A stretch of 64,000 bases of DNA from Cercozoa sp. M6MM (taxonomy: Eukaryota; Protista; Endomyxa: Ascetosporea). The stretch is from NCBI GenBank assembly GCA_040357565.1, contig JBDODJ010000025.1; one strand, 5' to 3'. Below, in pieces: positions 24,648 through 41,254 of the stretch (the first letter of the stretch is position 1; the number at the start of each line of letters is the position of its first letter). The position numbers were made by a program, and so were the translations under genes. The notes under the pieces are model-generated. The model saw only the letters and a list, made by a program, of their open reading frames with translations. It was not told the origin of the DNA and searched no databases.

Positions 24648-24666
24648 AACTGACGCGGATTTAACG
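24648..24666 (+). repeat. Right target-site duplication (19 bp)
   Basis: Identical to 18716-18734. Confidence 0.9.
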
Positions 24667-24699
24667 CAACGCGACGAATGCGGTCAGAAGTAACGAAGT

Positions 24700-25216
24700 C
24701 TACTCACGCACCATCCAGCGCTTGAGTCGCCAACTGAGCGAGCGGTGCGCGTCGCTGCGCTGCATGGAGTACTGCAGGCCACGCACGAACAGCGTCGCCT
24801 GATCTTGCTGGTTGACACCGAGCTTGAACTGCACAGGGACACAGCAATCACAGGATACACCACAGAGCAAGGCAAGGAGAGAGAGAGAGATAGAGCGAAA
24901 GAAAGTCACCTCCGTGGATAGCACGAGCATGCCCATGCGCGTGGTCAGGAACTTGTCGAACGTCTTGGCGAAGGCTTGCGAGAAGAAGTACGAGTCGTAC
25001 GACCGGTAGTGGAAGAACGACATCGGCCAGCGCTTCGACATGCCGCGCGAGTGGTACATCTTGTCGTAGTGGTGCGGCGCCTGAGCCAGCCCGAAGGCTC
25101 GTCGGCCTACCAATCTCAATCACAGCAGCATCACGCAACACACCCTCTAAACCCAAAACCAACCGATGACAAAAAAACGCAGACTCACCTTGCGTGCACC
25201 GGAACACTCTCTGCAT
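24700..25216 (-). CDS. Small basic protein with mitochondrial-presequence-like N-terminus
   Basis: Three exons: MQRVFRCTQ, then VGRRAFGLAQAPHHYDKMYHSRG..LSTE, then FKLGVNQQDQATLFVRGLQY..WMVRE*. High GC3. Confidence 0.65.
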
Positions 25217-25456
25217 GTGTCTGCCGGTGTATATCAAGCACAGCACACCGTGTCGTGTTCCTCGAGCTGCCCAGCCGCGCTGCGCGCGACGATCTGTCGC
25301 AAAATTTGGCTACAACTATGCACACACTGTGTTTTTGCCCTGTTCTGGGCCGTGAAAGCTCGCAAAGCTTATAATTAGTGCCGGATAAGTTTATGATAGC
25401 GTGCCGAATTGTTCTTTGTCTCCGGGAAACGCGCGAAAAGAGCCCAGAAAAATGTG

Positions 25457-28400
25457 ATGCTCAATATTGAGGCAGTGCAGGAGTTTTTGCAGCTAAGAGT
25501 TGCCCTGTTGGGACTGCGACTATCTGCATAGAGGTTGGCGCTGCCTTGCTGCCAGTGATAGCATTGCTGGGAAAGCTGTCAGTTTTATCGCTCTGGCCCC
25601 GGTTCGATCAATCACGACACCCGGGGTTGGTCTTTCAGGTTGGTCGTTCAAGACCTAGCAGGAAGTTGTTTTGGCATGACACGACTTGGGGCTGAGTTGT
25701 TGTGCACCGTAGAGCTCGGAAGGCGCGAGCGCTTCGTACGGCTTTGCTTCTTGACTTGACATTCAGTTGAAGTTGAGGTTCAGTTACTCGTGGGTGTGTA
25801 CCTGCACGCAGAAGTACACCGAAGGTGCGAAGTCTCCGGAAGGACGCTACCGACGCGATGTTCCAACGCTCAAACGACTTCTTCATCAAGGTTTGGGCGA
25901 TTTCTTAAACTGGATTGAACGTAGTCAGTTTCCTTTTTCGTAGCATTGCAGACAGGTGGTTTGCTGGCGTGCGAGACGACGCCACAGTCAGCGGTGGTTG
26001 TTTTTGCCAAGAGAATTGGACTGAACACTTTGAAAGCTCGGTCAACGATTCGTGGGGCTGTTGTTCGTTTCGAGGACTCCAACTTGCCAACTGTACAGAT
26101 TTACACTGGCAAAGTTGGTTTAGACTAACGGGTTTCGTTGGTCACCAGAGGATCAACAAGCTTGTTGGTGAAGTTGAAACTGCTTTGAGCACAAACGTGA
26201 ATGTCGACACGCTGTTCATGCGACTGAATCGAATTTTAAGTTCGTCTTTCGATGGTATTGTAACGGTTCAGTTTGAAGCAACCTACTATGAAACCCGAAT
26301 GAGTTCGTGGATGGGCAGAGATGTCGGACAACAGCGTCGCTGGAAGTACCACACGCAAGTCATCTCTTCTTCAGGTACTTTATAGGCTTAATATAAAACT
26401 GTTTCAACAATTGAATTCAAGTGCAAATAGGGCAAGAACAACGTCCTCGTACTGTCGAATTCGCTCGCTTCCGCCTCAATGTGCGATTTTACGCAACAAG
26501 GTCACCTTGTCCAGGTAATGCGGTGATGAACAATAAATTCAGGCGCTATTGTGGTATTCAAGACTGTTTTGTAGAGGAGATTGGCGGCTTTAGCGCGAGT
26601 GCTGGCTTCTGATGCTTCAGTCGAACCCTTTCGAAACACACAGAATCATAGAGAAAACAACGACGCCGAAAGCACAGTTAAACGCGAAGTCGAGCAGTTT
26701 ATCGAACAGATTGCAGCTTCAACTGCACCGAAGAAAGAAGAAAACATGGCCAAGTTGCGCGCAACTGTAAGTTTAGCTTTTCATCTAAACAAATCAAAAG
26801 ATCAAACTTCATATCAGGCGATTGAACTCGTTCGCACTCGAAAAGCGATGATGCAGCAGCAGGTATAACAAAAAACTCTGCTTCTCCAGGTTCTTCTGAA
26901 ACCCAGTTGCACAGACAGAAGAAGAAACCGACGCTGAGCTTTCACAAGCAAAGTCGCCTTTCTGGAACGACTTGATTCCTCTCTTAGGTACATTTAAGTT
27001 GTTAGTGTTAAGTACAATTAGACTGAACTAACTAAACAGAGCAATCGTCAAACCCGATTGCACAACTGTTGCGGCGCAATCTTCTCGGCCAAAGGTAGTT
27101 TCTTTTGTTGTCGAAACTGAAATGGGTGGGACAGTCTATGGAAATGAAAGTATAGCATGCCGAACGAGTGTTTGCCTGCACCGTTGCACATGACGCAGTA
27201 CAGGTGCTTTTATTTCTACTATCCCGAGTGTTCTTTAGTCTAATACATTTGTCAGTCTAACAAATGGTGACGGTGACACTGTCCAAAGCTCGCGATCTGC
27301 GTCTGTTAACGATGTATCTTGACTTTACTTTGTTTGCCCCCCCCCCGCCCAATACACACCCCTCAGTGTATGTCGACCACGGCCGTAGTGGTGACGCTTT
27401 CGGAAGCAACGTTGGACGAAGCTTTCGCTGCAGAGTGCGGAGTTCGAAAAGGCGACATTGGAGCAGCTTTGAGCAGTGCGTTGCTTTCGCTGCCGAGCCA
27501 GTGTGCCATCAAAACTACCTATGTACTTTAGCCCTTTTCGTCCTTGCCCCTACCCACTACCTCTTATTTTTTCTTTATTTTTGACTCGCCAACAGTGGCG
27601 ATCGCCGCAGACGAGTCGCGAGACGCGACTGTTGTTGGTGGTGCCGCCATCGGTGCGACAGAAGGCGCAGGCGCTGGTGAACAAGGTGGTTCGACCCGAA
27701 CTGCGCTCGTTCGTGCGAGTGGTCGAAACTACGGCTTGTGCTGCCATCCACGAGGTGTGTTTTACCCCTACCTCTTCCCTTACCCTGTCCCTTATTCTGT
27801 ACCCTCTTTATCCCTTTATCCCAGCACCTGACGCGCGTCGGTGTCGAGCGCATCGGCGAGCGCGAGGTGTTTCTGCAGTGCGACGATGCTGACAGCGACG
27901 CCGACGGTGTCAATGACGGTGTCAGTGATCATATTGGTGATCGCATCAATGATCGAATCAGCGATCGTATCGATGATGACGGTCACACGGATCATCTCAT
28001 TGATGTCGTGAGCGAACACAGCATGACGCGCAGCGAATCGCACGAGTAACCTGTCCCTGTTTACCCCCCCTTTATCCCTTCACCCTCATAGAAGCGAAGG
28101 ACATGAACCGCTGCTTCCGCGCGGAAGCGGCGACCTGTACTGCATCAACAGCGATCCTTACTCTGAGGACAGTGAAACCAGACGGAAAATCGACAAAGAA
28201 AACCACGAAAGAAACGACAACAACAACGGTTTGAAAGTCGAAATCCGCGAAAAGACGAAAACCGAAAACTGCTGCTGCTGCGAGTGCGAGGACTTTTTTT
28301 TGCAGTTGGAAACGACGACTGCCGCTTTCGCTGCGCTGTTGCATTCGGCATTTCCTGAGGTTTTTGCCCCCCCCCCCCAGCCTGACTCCTTTAACCTTTG

Positions 28401-28538
28401 ACCCCCCTCCCCCATAGAAAAAGACGGTGCTGTCGGTGCTGCTGCGAGTGCCGCTGATAGCGACGGTTTACGTTCTGGTGGCGGCGCTCTGTCTGGTTGT
28501 TCTGCTGCCTGCCTCGCTGTATCTACTCGTTGCCAAGG

Positions 28539-28613
<75 letters not shown>

Positions 28614-30259
28614 GTGTCAGTAAGGTGGGTTAGAGGAAGGGTAAGGGGAGTAAAATTTAGACACTCGAAGTCGAAGTGCGTCCGACGCGATTCGAAAAAC
28701 GTAGCGACAAAATTCGATCATTCGGCGCTGTACAGCGACTTTGGGTACCTTAGCCCCCCCCCCCCCGCGGGGCGCGTGAGTGGGCGGGGGGGGGCGGAGT
28801 AGCGCGTGCTGGCGGTAACGGTGCGACCGATGCCGCTGACTGTTTTTTTGTTCGTTTGGCCCGTCGTCGTTTGTCTCTTCGTGCTGCCTAGTAAGCCTTG
28901 TTGTACCCCTTACCCTCCCCCATCCTTACTCTCTAAACCCAGACACGAAGGAGAAAAAGACTTCGGCGCTGTGGTGCGTCGGAACTCAACTGTGCGGCAT
29001 CGTTGCGCTGCAGACACTAGGTACATACACAGGGAGGGTTAAGGGGGTAAAGGTTACACACATTTGTGAGAACAGGCGCACTGCGCAGTTTCGTGGCGCA
29101 GGAGAAACGCAAAAAAGAGTCGCGAAACGCTGTCGCAAAAATCGACGTCGAAAAAGAGCCGCAGCTGCGTCGAGTCGACTGGAAACGGCCTACCAACTGG
29201 TGCGGCAGTTATACCCCTTACCCTTACTCCTTACTCCTCGTGTACAGGTTGGCCTCGGTGGCGATAGCACTGCAGGCGATGCAGCTGACGACATTGGTGG
29301 CCAACACGATGGCGGCCTCACCGACCGACTCAGCGCCACCTGCACCGCCCTCGTGGATGCAAGACAATGTCGTGGTAGCCACTCTTCTATCCCCTGCTCT
29401 TATGCCGCTATATTCTACCCTATCCCTCCATCACCTTGACTCTGTCCTGTCCTTTAAACCCATACTAAACCCATACCTCCTCCCCGGACAGTACCTGTTC
29501 CTGGCCGACCTGCACGCGTGGTCGCTGGAGCAGCTGCCGCAGATTTATTTGTGGATCGGAGTGACGGTGTCACTGATGTTGCTGATGGTATGGCTACTCA
29601 AGATGCTGCACGATCTGACGGTGGCATTTCCTGTCGCTGGCAATCGCTTCGACAGCTTCCTTGGCGCCGCTCTCTATGCGCACGGTTTCGCCCAGCACTG
29701 TGCTAAGAAGACTGGTACCTAGGGATAAGGAATAAACTGGGAGGGGGGTAAAACTATAGGATGTGTCCACAGTGCTGCTGGCTATGCTGCTGGCCGATCT
29801 CGCATTTCTCATCGTAGTCGACAAACTGCTTGCGCTGGTAATTTTACCCCCCCCCCCCTGTACTCTAAATTTACCCTTGACCTTATGTATCTCAGTTGGC
29901 ATGCAAGTACGAAGGCGAGTCGGCGCAACTACAGCTGGGCAGTGGCACGCCGCTGGAGTGCTGGCATGGAGAGCATGCGACACTGGCGCTGTGTGCCTGG
30001 TTGGCACTGTCGCTGTATGCACCACTGGTGGCACTGATTGCTCCAGTGTTTTCGGAGAGCGATGACAAGGACATCGCCTACTGCCAGCCCTGGCTCAGTG
30101 CCGTTGCTGCTGCACACACGTAGTCACTACTGCCTGCACTCTTTACCCCCTTTTAACTTATCTCTCTGTTGTCTCTAGGTCGATGTTAATCGGGACGAAT
30201 TTTTTTGTGCGCACACTGGCCGGTATGTATGTATGTGTGTATGTGTGTGTGTATGTATG

Positions 30260-30290
<31 letters not shown>

Positions 30291-30924
30291 GTATGTATGT
30301 ATGTATGTATGTATGTATGTATGTATGTATGTATGTANNNNNNNNNNTATGTATGTATGTATGTATGTATGTATGTATGTATGTATGTATGTATAAATTT
30401 TATGTGTATGCGAACAGGCGAGTCACGTGCGACGCGAGTGCGCGGCACGGCGATTCTCACGGCGACAGTGCTGAGTCTGTTGGCCGCACTGACCGTTTGG
30501 TGGACACGCCGACGACCGCACCTGTCGGGCGACTCGCATGTTGTCGACCTGGAACCTTGCAGGTAACCCCTATACCTCCACTTTTGACCCCCTGATCCGC
30601 CCTTACGCCCGCCTTATATAGAGTGGTCTCGGTGTCGCACCTCCGCGTGGCAGCCTTCGCGAGCGGCATCTACGGCAGCCTGCTGTCGTGGCTGTGGTTC
30701 GAGACGCAGTGGTACCAGGACTCGCAGCGACAGTGGCTGCGCGAACTGCACTACGTCCTGCTGCTGCTCGGCAGGTACACACTACCACTACCATAGTATG
30801 TTTACTTCCTTCCCTATGCTCTGTTCAGCGCCGCCCTCTTCGTGCTGGCCTACTGGCGCAGCTTCCTGGAGCGAGCCTCAGCAGAGGCGCTAGTTCGCGC
30901 CATCTACGCGCGCATGCAGCCTGA
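25457..30924 (+). CDS. Large hypothetical protein (possibly more than one gene) with C-terminal multi-pass membrane region
   Basis: Chain of GT-AG-bounded exons. Many hydrophobic helices from 28427 on (VLSVLLRVPLIATVYVLVAALCLVVLLPASLYLLV, IYLWIGVTVSLMLLMVWLL). Start and gene number uncertain. Confidence 0.5.
28543..28612 (+). repeat. Intronic (CT)n microsatellite
   Basis: CT run. Confidence 0.95.
30224..30394 (+). repeat. Intronic (TATG)n microsatellite containing a 10-N gap
   Basis: GTAT tandem run. Confidence 0.95.
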
Positions 30925-31127
30925 CAAGTGCGAGCTCTAACTGATGGTTACTAACTACTGAATTACTTAGTTCGAACCAACGTTTGCCGGGATTTCCCTA
31001 TATCCAAGAAAAAACGCCCGCCAATCTGGGAACGCGTAAAACTGAACGCGCGGTACTTCGCTCGGGACTGCGACCTAACTATTTATCGCTTCAATTTGGT
31101 TGGGTGTGTCTGAACGAAACGAAAGAA

Positions 31128-34721
<3,594 letters not shown>

Positions 34722-35073
34722 GTCAGATGTTGTCCGCGCGTCCAATCTGGTGCCAAAATTACACAAAACAATTTTGGGATCGCTGCGTTCCGGTTTAGAC
34801 AAAGTATGCACGAGACAGGAAGAAATCCGTTGCGCAGAGTTTGGCAGAGTCACCAAGGGTTCCAGACTGATTGCTCTTTTGGGCTCTCGGGAGCCGACAG
34901 GGAAAGAGTGCCCGGAAAATGCAAGACACGCAGCTCGACACGACGAGAACTGCAAGCTGTGGTGACTCGAGACTGTTTTTGGCGCACCTGACTGGTTGGT
35001 GGGACGCGAGGCCAGTGGTGCAAAAGTGAACCCAGGCAATTTCGACGCAGGTCTTTCCTTCTCGACGAAAAAC

Positions 35074-37585
35074 ATGGCGAAGGACGAAGCGAAGAAGAAC
35101 GACGAAACCATCGGCGAAAAGCCGGTCGATGCAGAGGTAATCGTGCAGCACAAGCACTGTTGTATACCATAATGGTGCGCCCGCAGGCCGAAAAGGCAAA
35201 GACGCTCGAAGCCGAGGCTCTGGCACAACCTCAGACGCCTGCTGATGGTAGGACCACGCGGCTATCTTTTGGTTGTTTTCTCTTTCACGCTTTTTCATTT
35301 CTCAGCCATCAGTCATGCTCTTGCGATTGTGCACCGTGGTGCGCAAACCCGCGATGTGCGTATCGTGCGTCACGGTCTTCAAGTCGCTTTGACGAAGGTG
35401 TGCTTCGAGCAGCCTGTGCTTCTAATGTTTTTGATGAAATGTTGCTCGAAATACAGACGCGACGCAAGCTGACCAGCGATCTTCTGGAGGAGCTGGTATA
35501 CTTTTCATTTCAGTTGTAAGACTCTTGAGTATGTTCCATGCTGTGCTTGGCAGGTGCGACACCACGTGAAAAGTAGCGAGCCGCTGCTGACGACGCTGCT
35601 GCAAGTGCTCGCCGAAGCACACGAAGTTGAAAGTGAGCAACAAACCTCGCAAGAGGACACTTCGAAGGACACGGCTATGAAGGACGATGATGCCGATGAG
35701 GAAAAGGCCGACGAGACAACCGAACAGAACGCGTACACTTTCCAAGTTACCGGCGCCGATCCGATTCGCACTGACACGTCGCTCGCGCTGCTGTCGGTGT
35801 TGATTTTGGTGCGAATTGCCGATTTGCGCATGTGGGTACCTTTCTTTTTTCTATTTTAACTCAATGACCCTTTTGCTGGATGGTCGCTGTGATTTAGAAA
35901 ACACTAAAACTGACGGCAGACACTATTTTGGATGACATGTGGAACCGAAACAATCGCATGCTGGTATGTCTTTGACAAGGATTTTGAGTGACTCTACTTT
36001 TTTGCGTTGGTTGATCTAATAGGACGTGATGACTGCACGCATGTGGCACTACGTCGGCCTCGCTTCCGAGCACGAAGCTCACGTATGTGCTTGTTGTCTG
36101 TGTTGTCTTTCAGAGGTATCATGGTTTACTTTGAGACAGGACTGGAGCAAGATGCGCGAGCGCATGTTGACCGCGTACCGAAGTGCATCGCACCGACATG
36201 ATGAGCCAGGACAAGCCGTGTTGACGAACTTGGTGCTCCGATTGCTCGTGAACCAACGTCTGTACGACCAGGTACCTCTTTGCACTTTGGTCACTGAAGG
36301 TAGTGGAACTTGTATGGTTTGCAGGCGCATCAGTTCCGCCAGCGTGCGACTTTCCCGCTTCAGAGTGCCGAGCCTGCGCAGCTAGCGCGCTACCACTACT
36401 ACTGTGGGCGCATCGATTCACTCCGACTCGCCTACGGCGACGCCGAACGTGGCTTCCAGGTACTACCCTCTTTACTCCTCATTCTTTACTTGGCACCGGT
36501 GCCATCTCTGTATGCAGATGGCACTGCGCCGTGGACCGCAGCACGTGGGTCACTGCGGCGCCTTCCGTCGTGCCGTGTCCAAGCACTTGGTACACCTGCT
36601 GTATGTGTCTGCCATGGCAGGTTACTGTGCGATAGGTGACGGCCCAAATGCTGGCGGGCGACATTCCGAGTCGTGACATGTTTGAAGTGCCCGAGATGAA
36701 GAAGGCGCTGCGACCGTACCTCGCACTGGCGCAGGCTGTGCGTGCTGGCAACCTCGAGGACTTTGCGCAATGTTGCACGACGCACGAAGAAACGTGAGGC
36801 CACTCCATCCAACCGTTCAACCGGATTGAAATGAAAGTGTAATGAAATCCCTGTGTGCAGGTACCGCCGCGATCAGACGTGGTCGCTCGTGCAGCGTCTG
36901 CGACACAATGTCATCAAAACAGGTCTGCGCAACATGTCGCTCTCGTACAGTCACATCTCGCTCGACGACGTTGCGCGCAAGCTTTCGCTTGAGACTGTAT
37001 TCTTTTTTACTGTACTCTGATCCGAGTAGTTTGGGTTTACGCCGTGTGATTAGGGCAACAACACGGTCGAGTACGTCGTTGCCAAGGCTGTGCACGACGG
37101 TGTCATCGAAGCTTTCATTCAACACTCGCCCGAGGTGCGTGCTCTTTCACACAGCTTTAAAATATGAAAGTGTTTGACTGGTGTATGCAGGGGCCCATCA
37201 TGATCTCGCGTGCTTCGGCGGACGTCTACGCGACTGATGAACCGTTGCACGCCTTCAACAAGCGCACGCGCACTTGCATGTACCATCATTGACTCCCTAA
37301 CTTTGTCCCGTGTTACCCTCTGGTGGTTAGGATGATCCACAACGAAGCTGTCAAGGCACTGCGCTTCCCGCGTCACTCGGAGGAGACCGAGGACGACAAG
37401 ACGGTCCTTTCCCTTTCCCTGGTTTTTTGCATTCACTTTGTGTTCTGGCACTGGCGTATCTGGTTCAACAGGCCATCCAGCTCGATGAGCAAATGACGGC
37501 GCTGGCCAACGATCCCGACTCGCTCAGCGACGACGAGCACGATGCCACCAATCCCTTCGACAGCGATAGCGACACCGGCATGTAA
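35074..37585 (+). CDS. PSMD3: 26S proteasome regulatory subunit Rpn3
   Basis: AYRSASHRHDEPGQAVLTNLVLR, QLARYHYYCGRI, LRHNVIKTGLRNMSLSYSHISLDDVARKL, VVAKAVHDGVIEA, DVYATDEP..AFNKR, HNEAVKALRFP. Confidence 0.93.
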
Positions 37586-37850
37586 TCAAGCGAAGCGACT
37601 CGCCCACGCCAGCGCGGCTAATCTCCGCTCCGCTCGTTGGCGCGCAGTCTGATTTAGTCATTTAGTTTCGTTTCTCCATTCGATCGTGTTGCGTGGTTCA
37701 GTCCCTGGCGAGCTACGCCCGGCTAACTAACTCAGTATTTTTTAAACAGTTCGCACAGAAAATACAAAAAACCATGAACTTCCACAAACGAGATCGATCT
37801 GCTCACTTAAGCAGACGATAGAAACTCTCGTGGGCGAGAGCCCTCCACAC

Positions 37851-40800
37851 ATGGTTGAGCAGAATGTCCGCGTTTACAGTGCGTCGAGCTTCTCAGCTGC
37901 TCCAGTTTTGTTTTTTTGCAGTTCTTTTGTGTGACTTGCAGTTCGGGAGCGGCCGCTTTCGGAGCAAGAAAAGCGCGAAAAGAGCGAACAAGTGACACAG
38001 ATCTCGGAATCCAAGAGGCAAATTCGCTTGCAAAACAAGGAGTTCGCGTTCGATCGCGTCTTTTCCGGAGAGGCCACACAGGAGCAAGTGTATGAAGAAA
38101 CACTGTACGAGCCTGTCGAGCGTGTACTGGAAGGCTACAATGCCACCATGTTTGCCTACGGGCAGACAGGTTCAGGAAAGACACACACAATGGTTGGATA
38201 CTTTGACTTCGACGACCCGTCGACTGAAGGTTTTTCAACTGCTTCTCTGCAGGTAGAGTAGTGTCCACAGAAACTGCCTGACGACTGAGTTGTGTAGATG
38301 AGTATGGACTCACTCCGAGAGCATTCCGTCAAATATTCGATCGAATGTAAACTAGGTTTTGTTGTCAGTTGCGCCGCTTTGATATCGATGCACCCGTGAT
38401 CCTGCGCAGTGCAACTGACTCAAAGCAGCGTCAGTGGTTGGTGGCAGCTTCGTATCTGGAGATCTACAACGACGAGATTCGAGACTTGCTGCAAGGACAG
38501 CAAAAAGAGTCACGCGCTGATGCAGCGAAAAAGAAGGCTAAAATCATAATACGCGAGTCGAAAGAGAAAGGCGTTTACGTCGAAGGACTCACACAGCGCA
38601 CGTGTCACTCCACTGCCGAAATGATGAAACTGATCCGAATGGGTTCCACTCGAAGAACAGTTGGTACAGTTGCAATGTTGTGTAAACAAACTTCGAAGAT
38701 ATTTGATGGCTTCAACAGCTTCAACTAAGATGAATGAGGCGTCGAGTCGCTCTCACGCTATCTTCATGGTGCGGGTCGAAAGTTCCGAAATTGTCGAGAT
38801 GGAAGACGGCTCTCAGCGACCTCGTGTGCGAAGTGGCAAGCTGGTACAGTATGCTCCGTCATTAGACCTTCTTATTACTGGTCAACTGAACTGACTGTAT
38901 GTTGTAGAACCTCGTTGATCTCGCCGGCAGCGAGCGGCAGTCGCGAACTGGAGCGAAAGGCAAGCGACTGAAAGAAGCAGCGCGAATTAACCTGTCACTG
39001 TCGGCTCTCGGTCTGTGCATCAGCACTCTTGCCGAAAAGAAGAGCCACAAGCGACATGTGCCGTTTCGACTGTCGAAACTGACGCGTATTCTGCAGGATT
39101 CACTTGGTGCGATGAACATCTTTCAGTACGTGCAATCTTCAAAGTGCAGCAACGAAAGTGTTTTTCAGGTGGCAACACAATGACAACAATGATCGGTTGC
39201 ATTTCGCCTGCTTCCGCGAATGCAGAAGAGAGCATCTCAACACTGCGCTACTGCCAAGTGTCCAAGAACATCAAATGTCAGCCCACCGTGAATCTGGATC
39301 CGAAAGACGCAATGATTTTGAAGCTCCAGTCGCAACTCGACTGCATGAAGCAGTTGCTTCTGCGTGCCAACAGTGGAGAATCAGTCAGCAACGAGCTTCA
39401 AAAACTTGGATTCTTGAATGCAAGCGCAGGCGAAGACAATCTCGTTGCAAGTGAGGATCTCGATAGCACAGGTACAGATACACACCTTAGCGAAGAGGTC
39501 GAACTTGAGATTCAACGCCGCACGGAGATTCTCAAGCAACAATACAGCGACGAAATAAAAGCGATGCATGTCGAAATGGAAGCTTTGAAAGCGCAAGTTC
39601 AAAAGCAGACTGAAAGCGAAGCTGAAGGGAAAAAAGCAGTCACATCGTCCGAAGATGAGCGAGTGAAGCAAAAACTGAGTGAGCTGGAACGTCAGCACGA
39701 AAAGGCAATGGCCACGCTGCTTGAAGAACTCACTTTGGCAAAACAAGTCTCAACGCAGCACTCGAAAGCAGAAGAAGAAGAAAATACATTGTCAGCAAGT
39801 GCGCAAAGCGAGGAGTCAAAGCAGCTTCTATCTCGCACAATCAACACTCTCGCAAGCAGCTTTCTCGTTGGCGAACATGTCGAACCTGAAAGCTCGAAAG
39901 AAGCTCGCGATCGTCTGTTCCACTCACAGCAGTTGGAATTAAAGAGAAGAGAAAACGAAGAAGAGCAAATGCAACTGCAAGCTAAAACTGAGGCTAAAAT
40001 TGAAGTCGATCGAGAAACTGAGTACAGCGACAGTTTTGTCGAAGACGACGAAGAAGCCAACTACGAACTGGACGCGAAACTACGCGACGAGTTGCTGGAC
40101 GAACTGCAGTCGATGAAGCGTGAGATGGAGTTCTACAAGCAAGTCTCGCTGCACAGTCTGGGCGTGCAAGGAGACGAAACTGTGCTCGAGAGGATACGTC
40201 GAAACGCGCGATATGACGACGATGCCTGCGTGTGGTATCTGCCGCCTGACTACCTCGCCGACTACCGACTGCATCAGTTGATCATCAAGAGTCATTCGAA
40301 TACTCACAGCTTGCTTGGTGTTGGCAGCTTGGCTGCCTTATCGTCACGTCGATCCGCACAGCCACGCCAGCATGTTGCCCCACTGTCCTCTGCAATCACG
40401 AGTCGTCGCAACTCTTCCGAAGCCGAAATTGAACTCGCAATTGTGGAACCGAAACCAAAGCGACGCAGCTCGAGACTGGAGCCACTCGCAGTCGATAAAA
40501 GCCGAAGACAGTCTGTCGAAGAAGCTATTAGATTGAATGAAACCGACTCAGAAAAAACAAATGCACTAGAAGAGATGTCGCAGTTTGAACAGGCGTTGGC
40601 GAAAGCGCCGTCACTCGTTTCTGGCCAAGTGTTCCACGCGACTCGGACCACTTTCGACGAGCAACAACAACAACAAGCAGAATCGAAAGAAGAAACAGAC
40701 CCACGCTGGCAGCAGTTCGAAGCGACACTCGCTAGAGCCAGTGCGCTGCCTGCGCGGGCGACGTTCAAGCCGCTCTCCACTCAGACTCCTGGCAGTACTA

Positions 40801-40898
40801 GTGCACTCAAGTGCAAAGACGAAAATCGGCAGCAGCGCAATCAGGAACAATTCGCCCCTCTCGGTGTCGATCTGTCGGCCTTGCCAGAGCTTCGATGA
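37851..40898 (+). CDS. Kinesin motor, kinesin-2 (KIF3/KIF17)-like
   Basis: [80 protein letters not shown], neck NLDPKDA, coiled-coil stalk. Confidence 0.92.
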
Positions 40899-41254
40899 CA
40901 TCCCAGAGACTTTTGTCTATTCACTGAACTTTTTACTTTTTGCTTCACTGACGTCACGTAGTTTTAATGACTGACAGTCGAGTGAGTTGACTGGAATTGA
41001 AGTAAACTGACTGATGATGACTGAACTGTTGGCGGGGGGACAGAATTCTGCTTCCGAGTACTGCGTAGCATGCAGTTACCGTACCGCCCTCGAAGATAAC
41101 AGAGATTTCGAATTGCACTTCGTTTTTCTGATGCTGCTCGTCTTTCTCAAGATCGAGAAGGTCGTCTTCAATACCTTAGTTACTGGTTTCCATACCGTAA
41201 CATCTTAGCAGACTGAAATGACTAACAAACCGAACTATCGACTCGGACTCACCG

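Noticed and set aside
34722-35228. Upstream extension of the minus ORF 34401-35228
   Set aside because: It overlaps the PSMD3 first exons on the + strand, and PIF1 more plausibly starts at 34721.
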